Shown: positions 37,054 to 47,895, counted from the stretch's first letter. The stretch is 64,000 nucleotides of DNA from an uncultured Actinomycetes bacterium (GCA_963837335.1 CAWINS010000086.1:24114-88113); one strand, 5' to 3'. The notes: generated from the letters alone by a model not told the origin. A program made the numbers and translations.

Positions 37054-40000
37054 TCATCGCCGGGCCGCCCGGACGGCAGCGACGGCTGCCGCGGCCGCGG
37101 CGGCCAGGATCCCGGCGGTGACGGCGATGGCCGCAGCCCGGCTGGGGGCAGCGGGCCGGGGGGCCGCCGCCGCTTCGGGCCGTTCCGCGGGCAGGTCGCC
37201 CGCGGCGGCCAGCAGCTCGGCCAGGTGCATGGCTTCCCGGCCGCCGCTGTCCAGCTCGTGGATCTGGGTCCGGCAGCTGAAGCCGTCGGCCAGGACCACG
37301 GCGCCCGGGCGGGCGCCGCGTAGCCGGGGCAGCAGCACCTGCTCGGCGAGGCTTTCGCTGACCTCGGCGTGGCCGGTCTGGAAGCCGAAGTTGCCCGCCA
37401 GCCCGCAGCAACCCGAGTCCAGGTGCTCGGCTTTAGCGCCCGCCGACTCGAGCAGGCCGGCCTCGGCGTCCCAGCCGAGCACCGCATGCTGGTGGCAGTG
37501 CACCTGGGCCAGCACCTCACGGCCGGTGAGCCGCGGTGGCTCCCAGCCCGGGGTGTGCTCAGTGAGCAGCTCGGCCAGGGTCACCGTGTGGTCGCGCAGC
37601 CGCATCACGTCCTGGTCGTCGGGGAAGAGCTCGGCCGCGTCGGACCGGAATACCGCGGTGCAGCTGGGCTCCAGCCCGACCACGTAGCCGCCGGCCCGCA
37701 CATGCTCCGCCAGCTGGTTCACGGTGCGCTGCAGGACCCGCTTCGCGGCGCCGAGCTGTCCGGTGGAAATCCAGGTCAGGCCGCAGCACAGCGGCTCAGC
37801 CGGGATCTCCACCCGCCACCCGGCGTCTTCCAGGACCGCCACCGCGGCCTGCCCAGCGTGCGGGTGGAAATGGTTGGTGAAGGTGTCCGGCCAGAGCAGG
37901 ACCGTGCCGCGCTGGCCTGTCCTGCCCGGGCCGCGGCGGGCGTGCCAGCGCTGCAGGCTCTCGCCCGCGAACAGCGGTACCTCCCGCGGCTCCACCCCGG
38001 CGGCCCGGGCGCTGGCCCGATGCAGCCCGGGAGCGTGGCTGAGCGTGTTGACCACGGGTGCCAGCCGCAGCCGGCTGACCACCGCGGCCAGCAGCGGAAG
38101 CCAGCCGAGGGTGAAATCGGAGCGGGGCCGCCGCCAGGGGCGTCCGGCCCAGTGGTGGGCCAGGAATTCGGCCTTGTACGTGGCCATGTCCACGTTGGCC
38201 GGGCAGTCGGTCTTGCAGCCTTTGCAGGCCAAGCAGAGATCCAGTGCATCGCGGACCGCGGTGGAGCGCCAGCCGTCGCCGATGGGTGAGTCGTCGTGCC
38301 CGTGCATCATCTCGAACAGCAGCCGGGCCCGGCCCCGGGTGGAATGTTCCTCCTCCTGGGTGACCTGATAGGAGGGGCACATCACCGCGCCCGCCGGGTG
38401 GGAGTGCTGGCGGCACTTGCCTATGCCCACGCACCGGTTGGCGGCCTGGGCGAACGACCCGCCGTCATCCGGGTACCGGAAGAACAGGTCCTGCGGGGTG
38501 TGCGGCGCCCAGTCGGGGCCGAGGCGCAGGTGCTCGTCGAGCCGGGCCGGGCGGACCACTTTGCCCGGGTTCATCTTGTCGCCGGGGTCGAAAATGTCCT
38601 TGAGCTCACCGAACACCCGGACCAGCTCTGGGCCGAACATGCGGTCCAGCAGCTCACCACGGGACTGGCCGTCGCCGTGCTCGCCGGACAGTGACCCGCC
38701 GTGCTTCACGACTAGGTCCGCGGCGCGTTCCATGAACCGGCGGTAGGCAGCCACACCCTCGGCCGTGTACAGGTCGAACGGGATCCGGGTGTGCACGCAG
38801 CCCTGGCCGAAATGGCCGTACAGCGCGGGCATGGCCTCGTCGCTGTAGCCGAACTCATCGTACAGCCGGTTCAGGTCGCGCAGATAGTCGCCCAGCCGCT
38901 CCGGCGCGACCGCCGAGTCTTCCCAGCCTTCCCAGGTGTCCCGCTGGTGCGGGACGTGCGCGGTGGCACCCAGCCCGGCCTCGCGGACCTGCCACAGCTC
39001 GTTCTCCCGGGCTGCGTCGTCGAGGAACTCCACCGAAGGATCGTGCTCGGTGTCGTGCAGGGCGTCCAGCATCCGGTGCGCGGCCTGGTCCACCTCGTCC
39101 TGGCTGTTCCCGCCGAACTGGACCATCAGGAAGGCTGACCCGTCCGGCAGCTCTCGCAGCGCCTGCGGGTTCAGGTGCTTGGCCTGTTCGTCGTGGATCA
39201 GCCGGCTGTCCAGGCCTTCCAGCGCGATGGGGTCGTGCGGCAGGATCGCCGGAACCGCGTCCGCCGCCTTTTCCACGCTGGGATAGCCCAGCACGACCAG
39301 GCTCCGCTCAGGCAGCACCGGGATCAGCTTCAGCTTGGCCCGCAGCACGGTGACCAGCGTGGACTCGCTGCCGATCAGCAGTCCGGCGACATCGAAACCG
39401 TGCTCAGGGAGCAGCGAGTCCAGGTTGTAGCCGGACACCCGGCGCGGGATGTCCGGGTATCGCTCCCGGATCAGGTCGGCGTACTCCTCGCGGAGCCGCC
39501 GCAGCCGCCGGTAGATCTCCGCCCGGCGGTCCCCGCGCCGCTCGATCCGCGCGTACTCATCATCGCCGGTGGGCCCGCACCAGAACCGGGTGCCGTCATA
39601 CAGCAGCACCTCCAGCGCGGCGACGTTGTCCACCACCTTGCCGGTGCGCTGGGCCGTCGCACCGCAGGAGTTGTTGCCGATCATCCCGCCGAGGGTGCAG
39701 TTCATGTGGGTCGCCGGCTCGGGGCCGAAGCGGAGGCTGCGCCCCGACAGGTTCTCGTTCAGGACATCCAGGACAATGCCCGGCTCGACGATGCAGGTGC
39801 GCTGCTGCTCATCCACGGACTCGATCCGGTGGCAGTACTTCGACCAGTCGAGCACGACCGCGGCGTTGGTGGCTTGCCCGGCCAGGCTGGTGCCGCCGCC
39901 CCGGGACAGCACCGGCACGCTATGCGCCCGGCACACCGCCACTGCCTCCACCGCCGCGTCAGGGGTGCGGGGCAGGACGACGCCGACCGGTACCTGCCGG

Positions 40001-40137
40001 AAGTTGGACGCGTCGGTCGAGTACGCGCCGCGGGTGCCCGCGTCGAACCGGACCTCACCGTCCACCCGGTCGCACAGGTCGCCTTCCAGGCCCTCCGACT
40101 GCCCCTGGCCCACTCCGTCCCGTAGCTCACTGACCAT
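37054..40137 (-). CDS. FAD-binding oxidase + (Fe-S)-binding GlcF-like fusion oxidoreductase (YdiJ-like), hydrophobic C-terminal tail
   Basis: Intact 1027-aa ORF. It has a FAD-PCMH domain (SRGGGTSLAGQ), cysteine clusters (CxxCxxCxxxCP-like) and CCG domains. Confidence 0.9.
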   Translation of the reverse strand: MVSELRDGVGQGQSEGLEGDLCDRVDGEVRFDAGTRGAYSTDASNFRQVPVGVVLPRTPDAAVEAVAVCRAHSVPVLSRGGGTSLAGQATNAAVVLDWSKYCHRIESVDEQQRTCIVEPGIVLDVLNENLSGRSLRFGPEPATHMNCTLGGMIGNNSCGATAQRTGKVVDNVAALEVLLYDGTRFWCGPTGDDEYARIERRGDRRAEIYRRLRRLREEYADLIRERYPDIPRRVSGYNLDSLLPEHGFDVAGLLIGSESTLVTVLRAKLKLIPVLPERSLVVLGYPSVEKAADAVPAILPHDPIALEGLDSRLIHDEQAKHLNPQALRELPDGSAFLMVQFGGNSQDEVDQAAHRMLDALHDTEHDPSVEFLDDAARENELWQVREAGLGATAHVPHQRDTWEGWEDSAVAPERLGDYLRDLNRLYDEFGYSDEAMPALYGHFGQGCVHTRIPFDLYTAEGVAAYRRFMERAADLVVKHGGSLSGEHGDGQSRGELLDRMFGPELVRVFGELKDIFDPGDKMNPGKVVRPARLDEHLRLGPDWAPHTPQDLFFRYPDDGGSFAQAANRCVGIGKCRQHSHPAGAVMCPSYQVTQEEEHSTRGRARLLFEMMHGHDDSPIGDGWRSTAVRDALDLCLACKGCKTDCPANVDMATYKAEFLAHHWAGRPWRRPRSDFTLGWLPLLAAVVSRLRLAPVVNTLSHAPGLHRASARAAGVEPREVPLFAGESLQRWHARRGPGRTGQRGTVLLWPDTFTNHFHPHAGQAAVAVLEDAGWRVEIPAEPLCCGLTWISTGQLGAAKRVLQRTVNQLAEHVRAGGYVVGLEPSCTAVFRSDAAELFPDDQDVMRLRDHTVTLAELLTEHTPGWEPPRLTGREVLAQVHCHQHAVLGWDAEAGLLESAGAKAEHLDSGCCGLAGNFGFQTGHAEVSESLAEQVLLPRLRGARPGAVVLADGFSCRTQIHELDSGGREAMHLAELLAAAGDLPAERPEAAAAPRPAAPSRAAAIAVTAGILAAAAAAAVAAVRAARR

Positions 40138-40160
40138 CCAGGTCCTCCCTTACGGCCCGA

Positions 40161-41033
40161 CTAGCCGGGCATGGTTTCGCCGCCGACGGGGGCCAGTACC
40201 TCGCCGGAGTAGTAACTCGACATCCGGCCTGCGGCGAAGAACACGTACGACGGGGCGATCTCGTCGGGGTGCGCGGCGCGGCCCATCGGTACCTGGGCGC
40301 CGAAGTTGGCGACCTTGTCCTCGTCGAAGGTGGCCGGGATCAGCGGTGTCCACACCGGGCCCGGTGCGACGCTGTTGACCCGGATGCCCTTTTCTTGGAA
40401 GGCCTGGGCCAGGGAGTAGGTGAGCGCCAGGATCGCTCCCTTGGTGGCCGAGTAGTCGATCAGGGTCTTGTTGCCGCGCAGGCCGTTGATGGATGCGGTG
40501 TTGATGACGGTGCCCCCGTCGGGCAGGTGCGGGTAGGCCGCCTTGGTGGTCCAGAAGTAGCTGTAGATGTTCACCTTGAATGTGCGGTCCCACTGCTGCG
40601 TGGTCAGCTCGGCGAAGTCCTGCACCGGCTGCTGGGTCGCGACGTTGTTGACCAGGATGTCCAGGCCGCCGAGCTCGTGCACGGTCTGGTCGACGGCGCG
40701 CTGGCAGTTGGCCTCCTCGGCCAGGTCGCCGCGGATGGTCACGCAGCGATGCCCCGCTTCCTTGACCAGGTCCGCGGTGTGCTGCGCGTCCTGGTCTTCC
40801 TGCCCGGACAGGTAGGCGATGGCCACGTCGGCGCCTTCCTTGGCGAACGCCACGGCGACCGCCCGGCCGATGCCGGAGTCTCCGCCGGTGACCAGCGTGC
40901 GCTTCCCGGCCAGCAGGCCGCGGCCCTCGTAGCCACGCATCTCGTCACGCGGCTGCGGGTCCATCTCGCTGGTCCGGCCGGGGTACTCCTGGGTCTGCCC
41001 CGGTGGCGGGTTTTCCTGCGAGGGCGTGCTCAT
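40161..41033 (-). CDS. SDR-family oxidoreductase (general-stress-protein YdaD/YhxC-like)
   Basis: 290 aa with TGGDSGIGRAVAVAF, the NNV motif and the catalytic YSATK. Confidence 0.9.
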   Translation of the reverse strand: MSTPSQENPPPGQTQEYPGRTSEMDPQPRDEMRGYEGRGLLAGKRTLVTGGDSGIGRAVAVAFAKEGADVAIAYLSGQEDQDAQHTADLVKEAGHRCVTIRGDLAEEANCQRAVDQTVHELGGLDILVNNVATQQPVQDFAELTTQQWDRTFKVNIYSYFWTTKAAYPHLPDGGTVINTASINGLRGNKTLIDYSATKGAILALTYSLAQAFQEKGIRVNSVAPGPVWTPLIPATFDEDKVANFGAQVPMGRAAHPDEIAPSYVFFAAGRMSSYYSGEVLAPVGGETMPG

Positions 41034-41078
41034 CTCGTTGTTCTCCTCCCGTAAACGGCAGGCCGGTCCGGCCCGCGG

Positions 41079-41103
41079 CTACCCGGAGGCCAGGCAGCGA
41101 AAC
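41079..41103 (-). promoter_or_regulatory. Candidate sigma-B/sigma-F-type promoter GTTT-N15-GGGTAG upstream of the SDR gene
   Basis: On the minus strand, GTTT is at 41103-41100, the spacer is 15 nt and GGGTAG is at 41084-41079. It lies ~45 nt upstream of ATG 41033, which has the RBS GGGAGGAGAA. Confidence 0.5.
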
Positions 41104-41464
41104 GGGCAGACGGCCCGGCGAATCTCCAGGGCCACACGCTGGCTGCCGCGCTGCGGATCCTGGCGCTGGAAGATGACCTGGCCGCCGCGCGCGCCCTGAC
41201 CGCCCACCTGCACGACCGGCTCGCCGGCCAGGACCGGCAGGACGAGAGCTAATCTCGGCGGGCCCGCGGTCTCCCGGTAGGCGGTGGGGGAGCCGCGTGC
41301 TCGCCAGCCAGGGCCCGCAGGCGGGCCAGCTCGGCCGCCACCGAGATGCTGAACAGGCCACGGTCCAGGTCCGCCCACCCCGGGCTCACCACGGCCAGTC
41401 CCGGTCTCGGGCGAGAAGCCGCAGGGCCAGTCCGGCCAGCACGGCGGCCCTTAGCGCAGCATCG

Positions 41465-41497
41465 CGGCATGGGCCGCCGGCCCCAGGCGGCCCATGC
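41465..41497. terminator. Perfect 13-bp-stem hairpin at the left edge of copy A
   Basis: ggcatgggccgcc (41465-41477), a 7-nt loop, then ggcggcccatgcc (41485-41497). There is no U-tract. The homologous hairpin in copy B follows the hsp20 stop. Confidence 0.4.
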
Positions 41498-41791
41498 CGT
41501 CCGGATCCCGGGACACGATCCGGGCAACTCAATAGGCCCAGGTGGCCCGCCATCTGCAAATGACCCTGTCAAGTGCGTATTGCACGATGCGAGTCCAGGG
41601 ACGGGCTCTGCACCTCTTTCTCTGCCAGCAGGAGTCAGCCGTGGATTTTGCCCGCAAGTCATAGCCACACCTGGGGCAAAAGGAACTTGGGGGGCGGCAC
41701 GACCACGAGCGTGAGGCGGCGGGACGGCACTCGGCCAGGTAGGAGACACACTGCCGAGGGCAAACCGGTGCCCGCTGAGCGGGTGCAATTC

Positions 41792-41816
41792 GTTTCTGAT
41801 CGCATCCGGCGGGTAG
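41792..41816 (+). promoter_or_regulatory. Candidate sigma-B/sigma-F-type promoter GTTT-N15-GGGTAG
   Basis: GTTT at 41792-41795, a 15-nt spacer and GGGTAG at 41811-41816, ~34 nt upstream of ATG 41850. It is conserved in copy B. Confidence 0.5.
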
Positions 41817-41849
41817 CGGCGGCGCCACGGCAAGCCACGGAGGAAAATC

Positions 41850-42264
41850 ATGTCAGAGCAGACAACTCCTGAGCACGGCGCTCCAGAGCAGGGCACCCCG
41901 AACGAGCCCACCACCGGCAATGAGCAGGGATTCGGCGTCGGCGAGGACAATCATGGGTGGGCTCCGGATGTGCAGTCGTCCGGAAAAACGACCGAGCGCC
42001 GGCCATAAGGCCTGGGAAGCCAACGAAACGCAAGGTGCCGCCCATGGCGACGGCGACTCCTCACCTGACCCCGGCGACCCGCGGTTGCCGTCGGAGAACG
42101 TCGGGCAGAGTACGGCGGCGCGTGGCGAGGACATCGGAGACCGTGACGGCAAAGAGGCTGGACGCCAGGACACTGGTACTCAAGGGGCGAGCGAGAGGCC
42201 GACAGGAACGTCCACGGCTAGGGACGTCACAAGCGTCAATCCGCAGGATCCCATTGAACCCTGA
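41850..42264 (+). CDS. Small acidic hydrophilic protein(s), read in two frames (copy A)
   Basis: ATG 41850 follows the RBS GGAGGA and gives MSEQTTPEHGAPEQGTPNEPTTGNEQGFGVGEDNHGWAPDVQSSGKT, stopping at 42006-42008. The conserved ...KAWEANETQGAAHGDGDSSPDP...ARDVTSVNPQDPIEP (to 42264) is in the +1 frame. Confidence 0.35.
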
Positions 42265-42568
42265 ATTGCCGAACCAGGGCTAAGCCAGGCTAAATCTCGG
42301 TCCGCCACCGGCCAGGAGACAGGTGGTACCGCCGGCAACGACGCGGTCCCGGCCGACAGCCGCACCCACAGGGCAACACCGCCAGTCGCTGGAAGGCACC
42401 ACTGCGGCCTCCACCTTGTCTCGGAGACGATGCATCCCGACGACGCGGGGTAGGGCGGGGCAAACCGGCAAACGGCGGGCGGGATACCACTGCGCTGCGG
42501 CCTGACGTCAGGCAGGCGAGTGCGGCGCAGAATCCATGTGCCTTTCCCCAGGCTGGCCGTAGAAGAAG

Positions 42569-42905
42569 TCACCCAGGGAGATCGTCGCGCAGCGACCACA
42601 AGATCAGAACAGGGCACTGCAGGCGGACGCCAGCGGCCCGGTCGGTCTCCTCATGGCGCCGGTCGATGGTGAGACCGGCTCGGTAGTCTCCAGCGTGGCC
42701 CAGACCGTGGCGGATTCCTGGTTGCCTTCCGCCACTCGTCGTAATTTTCCTGGTCGATCTGCGCGGGTCGCCGTGATACCAGCTGTCCGGATCGCTGTTG
42801 ATGACACGTTCCGGGCTGCCGGCTGAGCGAAGAAGAACCAGTGCCGCGGTGCCGAGTGGTAAGGGCGCAGGGGTGGCCGGCTGCCGGGTAACTGGGGCGG
42901 CATCC
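42569..42905 (-). pseudogene. C-terminal fragment of an alpha/beta hydrolase (haloacetate-dehalogenase/epoxide-hydrolase-like), multiple frameshifts
   Basis: The pieces HWFFFAQPA, PERVINSDPDSWY, YDEWRKA and GDYRAGLTIDRRHEETDRAAGVRLQCPVLILWSLRDDL are spread over three minus-strand frames. This fragment is absent from copy B. Confidence 0.5.
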
Positions 42906-42985
42906 CGGACAAGACGCCCGCGTGAGGGAGCAGCGCGATGCATCAGGCGGCTCGCACTCCGCCGTAACTGTTGCTGAGGCTGTGC

Positions 42986-43010
42986 GGTTGGCCGCGGGGG
43001 TGGCGGGTAG
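42986..43010 (+). promoter_or_regulatory. Partial sigma-B/F-like promoter (GGTT-N15-GGGTAG) abutting the HAD start
   Basis: GGGTAG at 43005-43010 ends 9 nt before ATG 43020, so the transcript could be leaderless. The -35 element is GGTTg rather than GTTT. Confidence 0.3.
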
Positions 43011-43019
43011 CGGCTGAAC

Positions 43020-43685
43020 ATGACTGACTCCACCATTGCCGTCCTCGACATTGACGGGACGCTCATCGATTCCAACTACCAGCATGCGCTCGCCTGGTAC
43101 CGGGCATTGCGCTTGGTGGGCGAGACCTATCCGGTGTGGCGGCTGCACCGGCTGATCGGCATGGGCGGGGACCAGGTGCTCACGGCTGTTGGAGGTGAGG
43201 ACCTGGAGCGCCGGGTGGGCGATCAGGCCCGGGAGGAGCAGGGCAAGGAGGTCGACGCGCTGCTCGAGGAGATGGCGCCGTTGCCCGGTGCCCGCGACCT
43301 GCTCGTAGCCATCAAGGAACGTGGTCACCGGCTCGTGCTGGCCAGCTCCGGTCAGCAGCGCCACGTGGACGTGTTCCTGGACAAGCTGGACGCCCGCGGC
43401 ATCGCCGACGACTGGACTAGCAGCGCCGACGTCGAGGCGTCCAAGCCGGCACCGGACCTGCTGCAGGTGGCGCTGAAGAAGCTGGGCGCGCCGCCTGACG
43501 TATCGAGCGTGATGGTCGGCGACTCGGTGTGGGACGTCGAGGCGGCGAAAAAAGCCGGGATGCCGGCGATCGTCGTCCGCTCCGGCGGCTTTGGGGACGA
43601 CGAGCTCCAGAAGGCCGGCGCCATCGCCATCTACGACACCCCCGGCGACCTCGCGAAGGCACTGGACGACACCCCTCTCGCCTGA
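43020..43685 (+). CDS. HAD-superfamily hydrolase, subfamily IA (phosphatase/beta-PGM-like)
   Basis: 221 aa with LDIDGTLIDS, LASSG and GDSVWDVEAAKKAGMP. Confidence 0.85.
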   Translation: MTDSTIAVLDIDGTLIDSNYQHALAWYRALRLVGETYPVWRLHRLIGMGGDQVLTAVGGEDLERRVGDQAREEQGKEVDALLEEMAPLPGARDLLVAIKERGHRLVLASSGQQRHVDVFLDKLDARGIADDWTSSADVEASKPAPDLLQVALKKLGAPPDVSSVMVGDSVWDVEAAKKAGMPAIVVRSGGFGDDELQKAGAIAIYDTPGDLAKALDDTPLA

Positions 43686-44174
43686 CGCCACTGCCACCGC
43701 CGGCCCTCGGTCGGATCCGCCACCGGATCCGACCGTGTGTCTGTAGTGTCCACGGTCATACCCACGCGAGCACCGCAACCGATGACCGCCGACGAGACAG
43801 ACGCGGCTACGAGCACGAGGAGCACTCTGGCCGATGACGGCCCTGGAAACGAGGACCGCGCGGAGCTGACTGGCCAAGGTGGTGGTGGCCGGCGCATGGC
43901 GAGGGTCAGCGCACTGCTGGCGCTGGCGGGCGACGGCTTCCGCCGCCGGATCCCGGTCGGGCCGAATGCGGCCGGGGCGGTGCGGTAGAGGTTCAGCGCC
44001 CCCGGTGTGCTGACGCACTCATTCCCGCTGCATCCCCGGCTGCCCGACGTGACCGCGGCCGCCTGGTCGCCCTGCTGCGTTCGTCACTCAGCACGAGAAC
44101 TGGCTCGGCGATCGACACGTGCGAGACGTTCAACCGGCGCGAGGAAGGCACGGTCAGTCACCGTGCTGCCAGGT

Positions 44175-44690
44175 TCATCTGAGCTGGGCTGGCTGGTCCC
44201 GCCCGCGCTCAGCCTGCAGGTCTGGTGGTTGCGGATCGTCGGCCGCCGCCGGAGTGCTGCCCCAGTCGACGGTGTCGTCCATGATGCCGATCATCTTCCC
44301 GGCCGGAACGGCGAGTACCACGATGGCGATGCACGCCCACAGCAGCCACCAGGCGTGCGCGATGATCGATAGTCCGCCCGCGAGGGAGGCGACCATGACC
44401 ACGCTGACAAGTGCCCAGGATGCGGGCTTGCCATGGGTATGGCCCCCCTCGGGGACGTGCCGGTCTTCCAGCTGTTCCCAGGGCCGCTGACCCTGCCCGG
44501 CAGAGATCTCCCCGTCCCGGCTGCCGCGCCGTAGCTTTGCGCGCACGGCGGGGGGGAGGCCGTCGGCCAGGAAGACCATGCCGAGCAACACGGCAAGACC
44601 CAGGATCGCGACGACCGCCGTCAGTATCATCCCGGTCGTCGTACCCAGGAGCTCGACTTGCGATGTCCTGAGTTCTGGTGGTGGATACAC
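44175..44690 (-). CDS. Small membrane protein with an HGxxPAxW motif (HGxxPAAW-family-like)
   Basis: 171 aa, 3 TM helices, motif HTHGKPASW. The paralogue is at 55180-55707. Confidence 0.7.
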   Translation of the reverse strand: MYPPPELRTSQVELLGTTTGMILTAVVAILGLAVLLGMVFLADGLPPAVRAKLRRGSRDGEISAGQGQRPWEQLEDRHVPEGGHTHGKPASWALVSVVMVASLAGGLSIIAHAWWLLWACIAIVVLAVPAGKMIGIMDDTVDWGSTPAAADDPQPPDLQAERGRDQPAQLR

Positions 44691-44859
44691 CTTGCTGTCT
44701 CCCGTTCAGCTCTCTCTTGTTGGCGGCTCGCCCGCCCGCAGCCAGCGGCCTATGATCTGTGGGGTTCCGCGCTGCCAGATCTCGGCGGGCGGCCACCAGG
44801 CTGTGGCTGAAAGAGGCGGTGCGGGGCCGCCCCGGGCGGGGGCGGCCCCGTCTGGCGGG

Positions 44860-45759
44860 CTAGCTGAGGACGTCCTTGATCTTTCCGGCGATGCCGGTTT
44901 CGGTGCCCATGGCAGGGCCGCTGGGCTCGCCCATCGCGCCGTCATAGGTGGCATACAGCAACGGGTCGGGGGCCGGGACCGAGGCCACATCACCCAGGGG
45001 CTGGGGGTCGGCCAGGTACCCGAACTCGTGCCGGCCATCAGGCTGGGGGCCGGCCGCCCAGCCGCCGTTCTGGCCCGAGGTGCCGTCAGACAGGTGCCAG
45101 GTGGCGCTGGCGTGCTCGGCATATTCCTCGTCGAACAAGGCATTCGGTGCCACGGTCGTCTCCAGCCCGTCCGCCTGCAGTTCCTCGATTGCCTTCAGCC
45201 ACAGGTTCTGGTGCAGGGTGTCACGGGCCAGGTTGAACCGCAGCATGTTGCGGACGCCGTTGTCATCGGTCATCTGATACAGCCGCGCAGTCTGCAGCCG
45301 CCCTTGCGCCTCGGCGGCGGCGTTGGCTCGGAAGTCGGCCAGCAGGTTCCCGCTGGCCACGATGTACCGGCCGTTCCACGGGTAGCCGTTGCTGTCGGCG
45401 GGCAGGGGGCCACCGCCGGCGACGATGGCCTGCTGCGGGTCCATCCCGCCCAGCACCGCGCCGACCACCGGGTCGGCCAGGGCAGCTTTCGTGGTGGCGG
45501 TAGCCGGGGCGCCCTCCAGAAGACGGGCCACCATGGTGGCGATCATCTCCACGTGGCCCATCTCTTCGGTGGCGACATCCATGATCAGGTCTTTGTACTT
45601 GCCGGGCATCCGGCAGTTCCAGCCCTGAAACAGGTACTGCATGGTCACGGTCATCTCGCCGTAGGCGCCACCGATCAGCTCCTGCAGCTTGTGCGCGTAC
45701 ACCGGGTCGGGCTGGTCTGGCTTGGACTCGAACTGCAGACGGGAGGTGTGCCTGAACAT
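44860..45759 (-). CDS. Manganese catalase (copy A, intact)
   Basis: MFRHTSRLQFESKPDQPDPVYAHKLQELIGGAYGEMTVTMQYLFQGW..EEMGHVEMIATM. I prefer the start at 45759; the track ORF starts at 45810. Confidence 0.9.
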   Translation of the reverse strand: MFRHTSRLQFESKPDQPDPVYAHKLQELIGGAYGEMTVTMQYLFQGWNCRMPGKYKDLIMDVATEEMGHVEMIATMVARLLEGAPATATTKAALADPVVGAVLGGMDPQQAIVAGGGPLPADSNGYPWNGRYIVASGNLLADFRANAAAEAQGRLQTARLYQMTDDNGVRNMLRFNLARDTLHQNLWLKAIEELQADGLETTVAPNALFDEEYAEHASATWHLSDGTSGQNGGWAAGPQPDGRHEFGYLADPQPLGDVASVPAPDPLLYATYDGAMGEPSGPAMGTETGIAGKIKDVLS

Positions 45760-45952
45760 CAGCAGCGGCCTCACTTCCGTGATGGTGCCCGCAGTCATCG
45801 TCCGGCTCATCCGGGACCTTGCGGGCTGTGCTCTGAGGCCGCGTTTTGACCTGGGCCACGCTGCTGCCCGCAGATGAGCCCGGCATGCACGCCTGGCCTA
45901 AGATTCCAGTCGGCCGGGGTCAGAGCGCCAGTCAGGGGGAAGGAGGACCCAA

Positions 45953-46679
45953 GTGAGTTCCACAGAAAGAGATGAGATCAAGGAGGTCATCGGCCAGACG
46001 TTCGTGGCCGTTGGCACTCTCGCCCGTGCGCTGCACGTCGAAGACGCCCGCCTCGAGCCAACGCTCCATGCCATCACCGCCAACGCGGCAGCCGCTCACC
46101 CCGCCGCCAAGGACGCAGGGCTCATTCTCCTGATCGGCGGAAAGCTCATTCCCCAGGCCACGACGGGGCCGGGCGCCCCAGCTCCTGGACATGAAGCAGC
46201 AGGACACGGGACGGGGTCCCTGCATCGAGGCCGCGCGTGAACAAACGCTGCTCTGCATCAACGACCTACAGCGTGATCCTCGCTGGCCTGACTTCTCGGC
46301 AGAGGCCCGAGCGTGCGGTGTGAGAAGCATGCTCTGCGCGCCCCTGTGGATCAACGAGCGGACACTGGGGACACTCAGCCTGTACGCGCCGCAGTCAGCA
46401 GCGTTCAGCGACCACGACAAACGGATCATTGAGCTGTTCGCCACCCTGGCCGCGCTGGCCCTCGCTGAAGCCCAGCGAACAGAACATCTCAGGACCGCCC
46501 TGCTCAACCGCGACGTGATCGGCCAAGCCAAAGGCATCATCATGGCGCGCTACAACATCGACGCCGACGCCGCCTTTGCCACCCTCAAACGCCTCTCGCA
46601 AGACCAGAACAAGAAGCTGCACGAGATCGCCCGCCAAGTCACAGAAGACCGGGAAGTCCCCGACACAACCGAGCAATAA
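45953..46679 (+). pseudogene. GAF-ANTAR regulator (copy A), one frameshift
   Basis: ORFs 45953-46240 and 46191-46679 together equal the intact copy at 56983-57708. There is one extra nt at ~46169-46173 (ggggccgggcg versus ggggcaggcg in copy B). Confidence 0.8.
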
Positions 46680-46692
46680 CCTTCGCCGGCAG

Positions 46693-47677
46693 CTAGGGCG
46701 CTTCGGCGGTCCCGCCTGGTGTCAGGGCGCGGAGGGGGCCGGCGAGCTCGCGGGCGAAGAAGTCCATGAACCCGTCCGGGTCGGGTCCGGCGTTCATGGC
46801 GACCAGGTGATCGAAGCCGGCGTCGGCGAACTGCCGGGCCACCTCCAGGTGCCGGCCGGCGTCGGGACCGCAGGCGAACTGGGACTTGACCTGGTCAATG
46901 GTGATGCTCGCGGTCGCGGCCTCGAAGTTGACCGGGTTAGGCAACTCGGCCATGACCTTCCAGCCGGTCAGCGCGAACCGGCTCTTCTCCAGGACTGCCT
47001 GCGCGGCCTTGTCCTCGTCTGCCGCCCAGGCCAGGGGCATCTCGGCGTAGGCAGGCCCGCTGCCGCCCAGGTTCTGCCAGCTGGCTGACCAGGTCGCCGT
47101 CCGGCTCGGTGGCGAACAGCCCGTCGCCCAGTTCCGCGGCGATCCGCGCCGATACCGGCCCGCTGGCCGCCACGGCGATGACCGGGAGCTTGCCGGGCAG
47201 ATCGAACACGCGGGCGTCCTCGAGCTGCAGGTACTTGCCCTGGTAAGACTGGTAGCCGCCGCGCCACAGCAGCCGGATGATCTCCAGCGCCTCACGGAAC
47301 CGCTCATGGCGCACCCGCTGGGCGGGGAAGCCGAGGCCGACGACGTGCTCGTTGAGCCGCTCGCCCGCCCCGGCGCCCAGCGTGAACCGGCCATCGCAGA
47401 CCAGGGCCATGGTGGCCGCCGCCTGGGCGATGATCGCGGGGTGGTAGCGCACCGACGGGCAGGTCACTCCGGTCGCCAGGCCGATCCGCGTGGTCTTCGC
47501 GGCGATCACGGGCAGGACGCTCCAGGTGAACGCGCTGTGGCCCTGCGCCTCCAGCCACGGGTGGTAGTGGTCGCTCATCTCCACGAAGTCAAACCCGGCC
47601 TCCTCGGCCAGCACGGCCTGCCGGATGAGCTCAGCGGGACCGAACGCTTCGGTGGCGAGCTTGTAGCCGATCCTCAT
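46693..47677 (-). pseudogene. LLM-class F420-dependent oxidoreductase, G6PDH family (copy A), one frameshift
   Basis: MRIGYKLATEAFGP..SDHYHPW in ORF 46937-47878 continues in ORF 46693-47394. There is an extra T at ~47086 (ctggcTgacc versus ctggcgacc in copy B). Confidence 0.8.
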
Positions 47678-47895
47678 GTCCTGCTCCTCTCCCGGGAAAC
47701 CGCCGGTGCCGCTACCCGCCTGCCGATGCCCGACACCAGCCCATGGCACCGCGCGAGCGGCACTGACCAGGACGGCCCAGCGGATCTGGCCGGGACGGTT
47801 GGCCCCGGTCCTGCCGGGAAGCGGCGGTACCCCGGAACGCGAAGGCCAATCCCGGAACGGGGACAACCACCGCGACAAGCGGCAAAGGAGGAATC

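Noticed and set aside
41079-41453. ORFs 41079-41378 (-), the 3' part of 41249-41950 (-) and 40945-41361 (-), lying between the SDR gene and copy A.
   Set aside because: Fragments such as VLPVLAGEPVVQVGGQGARGGQVIFQRQDP and DLDRGLFSISVAAELARLRALAGE lie in different frames. I cannot assign them to any family. They may be a degraded gene, but this is unsupported.
42283-42560. Conserved ~270-nt non-coding stretch (also 54521-54790) with GGAAGGC / CCACTGCGG elements, considered as a cobalamin-type riboswitch. It also contains a CCTGACGTCAGG palindrome at ~42503-42516.
   Set aside because: The motif order and spacing do not fit the B12 riboswitch core, and no downstream regulated gene is evident. 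Its conservation equals that of the surrounding duplicated DNA, so it carries no extra signal.
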